In this document: one piece after another, positions 58,949 through 64,000 of the stretch
Position numbering within the stretch: position 1 is the first letter of the stretch
How the letters are laid out: every line of letters starts with the position of its first letter
NCBI RefSeq assembly: GCF_009914755.1
Contig: NC_060934.1
Length of the DNA: 64,000 bases
Origin: the human T2T-CHM13v2.0 reference genome, Homo sapiens
Direction: 5' to 3' (one strand)
Notes under the pieces: generated by a model
What the model saw: the letters and a program-made list of their open reading frames with translations, nothing else
Databases searched by the model: none
Told to the model about the DNA's origin: nothing
Translations under genes and position numbers: made by a program

Positions 58949-59780
58949 ATACAGGATGAACACACACATTGCTAATGGGTCCTAGAAAAAGGTGCTAGGG
59001 CTTAGTTGCACATGTTTGTTGACAGGTTAAAATAAAAGAAACCTGAACACGCCCCTCTGGGTCTATCAGTCTTTTTCTCCTTTTAGCTAAAGCTCTCCAG
59101 TTTATACAATTGAAAAGAGGGAGTACTTTTATCTTACCTGAAACATTATGCAGCCAAAGCTTCTATTTACTGACTCATAAAGGATTTTATGCCTCATCTG
59201 TTGTACTTAAGATGACTATAGAGAATATACCAGAAAAAAGATTTGAAATGTGTTGCCTTCTGAAGTTAGAATTATAATCAGGTGTATTATTGAACAATCC
59301 TACTTTCCTTAATGTGTACAGATTTCAGCATTGGCAGGAAGTATTGAAGTAAACCCAAACACAGCATTAAGCAAAATGTAGCCTCAAACTCTAAAAACAT
59401 GTACAATTGCCACTCCTCTGTGTGAAGACTTCAGAATGATTTTGCCCAACTCTTTCATAATAGTTTCATCTGATGAAACAACAAAAGCACCTGTCACTGG
59501 GTGAGCGCAGAGCCTTCTATAAAAACATCAGGAACATTCTGATCCCAGAACTACCATCGCAGCTCTGTCATGGAATAAGCCAGAGAGACCCTGGGCAGAT
59601 CTCTTCTCCTTTCTAGACCTTAATTTTCTCCATCTATAAAATCCTGACACATTTCCCAAGAAGTCTGAGAGGAAGATTGGCTTTATAGAAATGGTTCTGA
59701 ACAGCAGGATGTCTCGTAGCAATGTTTAATCGTTGGTGATGATAACATGGGAGACTATTTACTTTGTGTCCTTGATGAAG

Positions 59781-59784
59781 ATAC

Positions 59785-59815
<31 letters not shown>

Positions 59816-60131
59816 CGTGTGCGTGCGCGTGCGCATGTGATGAAGTCTCACTCTGTTGCCCCGGCTGGAGTACAATAGTACCATCATAGCTCACTGAAGC
59901 TTCAAAATCCTGGGTTCAAGCAATCCTCCTGCCTCAGCCTCCCAAGTAGCTGGGACCAGAGATTCACACCATCAAGCTCAACTGATTTTTTCATTTCTAT
60001 TTTTATTTTTTGTAGAGATGGGTTCTGATTTTGTTGCCCAGGCTGGTTTCAAACTCCTGGCCTCAAGTGATCCCCCCACCTCAGCCTCCTAAAATCTTAG
60101 AATGATAGGGTGTGAGCCCCCACGCCCAGCC
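59781..60131 (-). mobile_element. Alu (J-like) whose tail is a (TG)n(CG)-mixed repeat
   Basis: Antisense Alu from about 59840, preceded by an alternating purine-pyrimidine tract. Confidence 0.9.
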
Positions 60132-60539
60132 AATAGCTATTCTTTCACCAAGATAAAACCAAAGGCAAAGTATCAGAAAGAAGAAACTCATCAAAACGAA
60201 GGCAGACATGGCCATAATATTCTAAAATGTTCATGTCCCATTCCATTTTAGAGTTAGTGTTTTCGAAAGCGTGACCTTGATGGCAGTCCTTAACTGCCAT
60301 TCCTATGGCCATGGTCATGAAGAGTGGCCTGGTAGCCCCACCTTATCCAGGCGGACCCGTGAAAAGCGTCCACTTGTATATTGGTTTGTCGTGTTCTTAA
60401 CAAAAAAATAAAGAGGTTTCTGAATTTTTTGGTTTAAGACCCTAAGTTTTACATGAATGGCCAATATAACATATTTCTCAATTTTGTTATTGGTCTAGGT
60501 TCATCTTGAGCAAAATATTATTTATATATTAATTTTGAG

Positions 60540-60780
60540 AGGTCATATAGCATGTGGTTAACAGCATAGACTCTAAAGCCAGACAGCCTGGGATCATGTC
60601 CCAGCTCCATCATCTGCCATTGTGTGATGCTGGTCAAATCATCCAACTACTCTTTGCTCCAGTTTCCTCATCAGTAAATGGATATAAAAATAGGACCTAC
60701 TTCATAGTATTGCTGTGAGGATTACATTAGTTAATTGTGCAGTATAGTGCCTGAACCATAACAAACACTTCATAAGTTGG
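60540..60780 (+). mobile_element. MIR
   Basis: gtggttaacagcatagactct...agacagcctggg...cagtttcctcatcagtaaatgg. Confidence 0.8.
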
Positions 60781-60859
60781 GGGTATTTTTGTTTTTAAGC
60801 ATTTCATAAAACCAATGTGGGAAAATAAATCATGAGCTATCAACCCACCCTCCGAATGT

Positions 60860-61552
60860 ATATAGATCCTGACCACTTCTTACATCCCCTACTCCTAATC
60901 CACCACCACCTCTTGCTGGGACTTGTGCAGTAGCCACCTAACTGGTTCCCCTCTTATCACGAGCAGTCTCCACAGGGCAACCCAAGTAGTTGTTCCAACT
61001 CCTGAGTCACATCACACCTTTCCTCTATTCAATATACTGCGTGGCCCATCATTTCATTCAGAATAAAAGAGTACAAGCCTTGGCTCATCCCCTGCCACCC
61101 TCCTCTCACCTCTCTGCTCCAATTCCTGGCATCTTGGCAGCTTCTTTAATAACCTAGTTTATTGGCAACAACCTCAAGGCCTTTGTACTTTCTGTTCTTT
61201 TTTGCCTGATATGTTCTTCTCCTAGATGTCTGTGGGAGAGTGGCTTCTCCCTCATTCAATCTTTATTCAAACACCATCTTATCTGAAGAAGGGCTCTCTG
61301 GCCACAATCTCTGAAATATCCTTTCCTTCCCTGTTAAATTTATCTCTAACCTGCCTTATTTCCCTATAGAGGACTAATAGCCACCTGATATAGTATACGC
61401 TCATTCTTAAACTGACATATGACCTGTCTCTTGCTAACCAGCATCGGTGGTCCATGACAGCAACTATCTTGTTTTGTTCACTGCTGTTTTACAAGCTCCT
61501 AGTATGGTGCCTGCACATAGTAGATGCTCAATAAATATGTGTTGCATTAGTT
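60860..61552 (+). mobile_element. L2 3' fragment
   Basis: Ends tgttttgttcactgctg...gtgcctgcacatagtagatgctcaataaatatgtgttg, the typical L2 terminus. Confidence 0.75.
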
Positions 61553-61824
61553 AATGAACTGGCGTGGATGATACAGTAGTTTATATTGGACTTTCGAAGC
61601 ACTTTTACATACACAGTCTTATTTGATCCTTGGAAATAAGAATCACAGGGGGACAGATTTTTTTTCTTGCCCCTACACCTACAAAGATTGGCTCAGATCC
61701 CAAAGGGGCTTCCATTTTTTCCAAAACCAAGTACCCTGACACCACTTTACTTTTGTACTTATGTCAAATATTACTATTTTATTTGACTGAGTTTAAGTTG
61801 CATCATTTAATGTACTCTTGAGAT

Positions 61825-62118
61825 AAGCAACAGCATGGATGTATCTCAAGATAATGATGCAGAATGAAAGAAGCCAGACCAAAAGAGTATATACTGTCTG
61901 ATTTCATTTCTTCAAAATTCTAGGGAATGCAAATTAATTTATAGTGACAGAAAGCAGATCAGTAATTGCTCAGGGGCTGGAGGAAGGGATTACAAATGGC
62001 CCAAAGGAACATTTTAGGGTGATGCAGATAGTCATTATCTTCATTTTGGTGATCGTTTCATAAGTATATCCATATATCAAAACTTACCAAATTGTACACT
62101 TTAGATGTGTGCAGTTTT
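61825..62118 (+). mobile_element. Old L1M 3'-UTR fragment
   Basis: gaatgaaagaagccagacc...agtgacagaaagcagatcagt...aattgtacacttt; resumes after the nested elements near 62865. Confidence 0.65.
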
Positions 62119-62862
<744 letters not shown>

Positions 62863-64000
62863 TATGTAATTTATTGTACATTATTTTGCCTAATAAAACT
62901 GTTTTGAAAACAGAGAGATACCTTGCCCAAGGTCACACACATTTTTCTGCAAATCTTGACTGCAGTCCATGTCTGTGGATTCCTGGTATGTCCTTCTGCT
63001 TCCTGTGTTGCTTACCAGGTGGGTAATGAGGCTCAGGGTTTTAACAGTAATGATACCCATTTACAATAACATTTATTTATGTATTGCTCTGTGCTGAAAG
63101 GAGAACTTTGATTTTACACTTTGAAGGTGTTCTCTATCACTTTTCTAAGGCTCTATCTCTTAAATTTAGTGAAAATCAAGTAGCCAACATTGATTGGATA
63201 GTATTTGAGGAACTGCAGGTTAATAGCACTTTTATATGAACAAATTGAGAGAATTTAAATGATTTGACCGAGGTCATCAAGAACAGCAGCTTTGGCACAG
63301 GAATTAGAAACTGGATTGCCCTTGCATTTTGTTTTTCAGCATAAAAGCTACATTTCTGTTCTCTCCATTCTTTATGGGCAAATTGTAACTCTTTTTCCCC
63401 CCAAAGTACCTAAAATAATCTGTTTCTCACAGTCCTTCGTGCGTGTCTTCTTTTTCTCGCTTGTGAATAAGGTGTACTAAATGCCTCCCAGCACACACAG
63501 GACTCAGTGTTATGTTCTTTTTTTCCTCTCAATTCACCGTGTAAGAGAGGCACCACCTATTAAAAACAATATCCACAGACCTGAAGTCAGCAAAGATATC
63601 AGAATGTACTGTGCATGTCAGATTAGGGCTGAAATTCCAACTATAGTGTTTAAATGGGGACTCATTTTAATTAATAAATTTGGTCCTGACATGCAATTGC
63701 TCTTCACTTGATCAATATTTTGCTATTCAGTTGGACAGGTTTTTTTTTAATTTACTGCTGTGTGTGACTGAGTTCCTACTTAATATTCATTGACACAAAA
63801 GGATTCAAAGAGAAGTCAGCCTAACTCTCAAGTAAACAGAATAGAACAGATATACATGTGTTTTGCAATTGCAAGGAAGGTATACTAATTTTGAGATACT
63901 TGAGATTTGGGGCTTTAAAAATAATTAATGGATCTTTATAGTTCAGCTTTACATTTATTGGTTTATCCCTTTTATTGTACTTACATTCCCAAGACCCTTG

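Overview
Primate, most likely human, genomic DNA from inside the KIAA1217 (SKT, sickle tail homolog) gene on the + strand. The gene is recognised from one clear 199-nt coding exon at 33395-33593; it encodes Gly where I recall Ala145 in the reference. The rest is long intron, rich in interspersed repeats: about 33 Alus, a 2.5-kb 5'-truncated L1PA, old L1M/L2/MIR pieces, solo LTRs, and MER1B, Tigger2, MER5 and MER96 DNA transposons. Almost all ORFs in the supplied track are Alu-, L1- or microsatellite-derived, or are chance ORFs. The most notable observations are: (1) a candidate in-frame 81/51-nt cassette exon at 19651-19731 with downstream QKI and RBFOX motifs; (2) two inverted, locally templated duplications, 44 bp (36281-36324 to 37053-37096) and 204 bp (55966-56169 to 55266-55469), which look like template-switch repair scars; (3) a diverged ~120-bp duplication split by an Alu; (4) nested transposons; (5) a good CTCF motif and a motif-dense candidate enhancer. 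I found no evidence of a wholly new biological system. Repeat family names come from recalled consensus sequences, and repeat boundaries are approximate unless target-site duplications (TSDs) are given.
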